Origin: Actinomycetota bacterium
GTDB taxonomy: Bacteria > Actinomycetota > Thermoleophilia > Gaiellales > Gaiellaceae
Reading direction: 5' to 3'
NCBI GenBank assembly: GCA_046731605.1
Contig: JBKPLL010000056.1
Location: 1,664-65,663, forward strand
DNA: 64,000 nt
Shown here: positions 63,831-64,000 of the stretch, one piece after another
How the letters are laid out: each line of letters opens with the position of its first letter
Position numbering within the stretch: the stretch's first letter is position 1
Made by a program: the position numbers and the translations under genes
Notes under the pieces: model-generated
Seen by the model: the letters and a program-made list of their open reading frames with translations, nothing else
What the model was told of the DNA's origin: nothing
Databases searched by the model: none

Positions 63831-64000
63831 GCCGCTGCCAGCGCTCCTTCCGCGATCTCGCGCGCAACCCGGTCGGCCTCCACGAGATCGTCGACGTCGC
63901 GAACCGGATCGGTGCCGGCGGCCGCGAGCGTGTCCCCCACGACCTCCGGGATCCCGAGGAACGGCAGGCGCTCGGCGAGGAACGCGGCGACCGCGATCTC
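63827..64000 (-). CDS. dxr: 1-deoxy-D-xylulose 5-phosphate reductoisomerase, C-terminal fragment (rest beyond window end)
   Basis: Minus-strand frame EIAVAAFLAERLPFLGIPEVVGDTLAAAGTDPVRDVDDLVEADRVAREIAEGALAAA-stop. The stop overlaps the rseP ATG (ATGA). Matches the Dxr C-terminal helical domain and the usual dxr-rseP-ispG order. Confidence 0.8.
   Translation of the reverse strand, partial: EIAVAAFLAERLPFLGIPEVVGDTLAAAGTDPVRDVDDLVEADRVAREIAEGALAAA

Overview
This is a very GC-rich bacterial chromosomal segment. Its gene content looks Actinomycetota-like: the MurT/GatD lipid II amidation pair, an FHA plus MerR (FtsR-like) pair, HflX, Apt, a Dxr-RseP-IspG-ProS block, one principal-type and one group-2-type sigma-70 gene, and two ECF sigma/anti-sigma pairs. 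I cannot name the organism. I call about 85 protein-coding genes, three tRNAs (Gly-GCC, Cys-GCA, Pro-GGG), a few intrinsic terminators and several repeats. I saw no rRNA, CRISPR array, transposase, integrase or prophage genes. The core genes include a pyrimidine/beta-amino-acid style catabolic neighbourhood (dihydropyrimidinase, M20 carbamoylase-type hydrolase, MmsA, ALDH, AKR, ureohydrolase) and a pterin-flavoured operon behind an ECF sigma/ZAS anti-sigma pair. The main pattern is that all three tRNA genes abut visibly less GC-rich accessory DNA. (i) tRNA-Gly is followed by a 1.28-kb sulfotransferase insert bracketed by a 37-41-nt direct repeat of the tRNA 3' end plus terminator, then by a frameshifted collagen-like pseudogene. 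(ii) The stretch from tRNA-Cys to dapE (24.0-29.4 kb) is a chain of seven unrelated single-gene modules, each separated by one co-oriented copy of a 30-35-nt motif. This is a cassette-array-like architecture with no recombinase in view, and it is my top candidate for something undescribed. (iii) tRNA-Pro is followed by a 0.74-kb patch that ends at a partial copy of the tRNA 3' end. Other items worth a look are a compact OLD-family (ABC ATPase + TOPRIM) nuclease apparently co-transcribed with hflX-dut-nudix, a structured AT-rich leader/sRNA candidate with a T8 terminator at 40.5-40.7 kb, two genes whose conserved coding sequence begins upstream of any ATG/GTG/TTG, and several sub-60-aa ORFs missing from the ORF track. 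All functional calls rest on motifs recognised by eye; no database search was run. Hand-read coordinates (tRNAs, repeats, hairpins, micro-ORFs) may be off by 1-2 nt.
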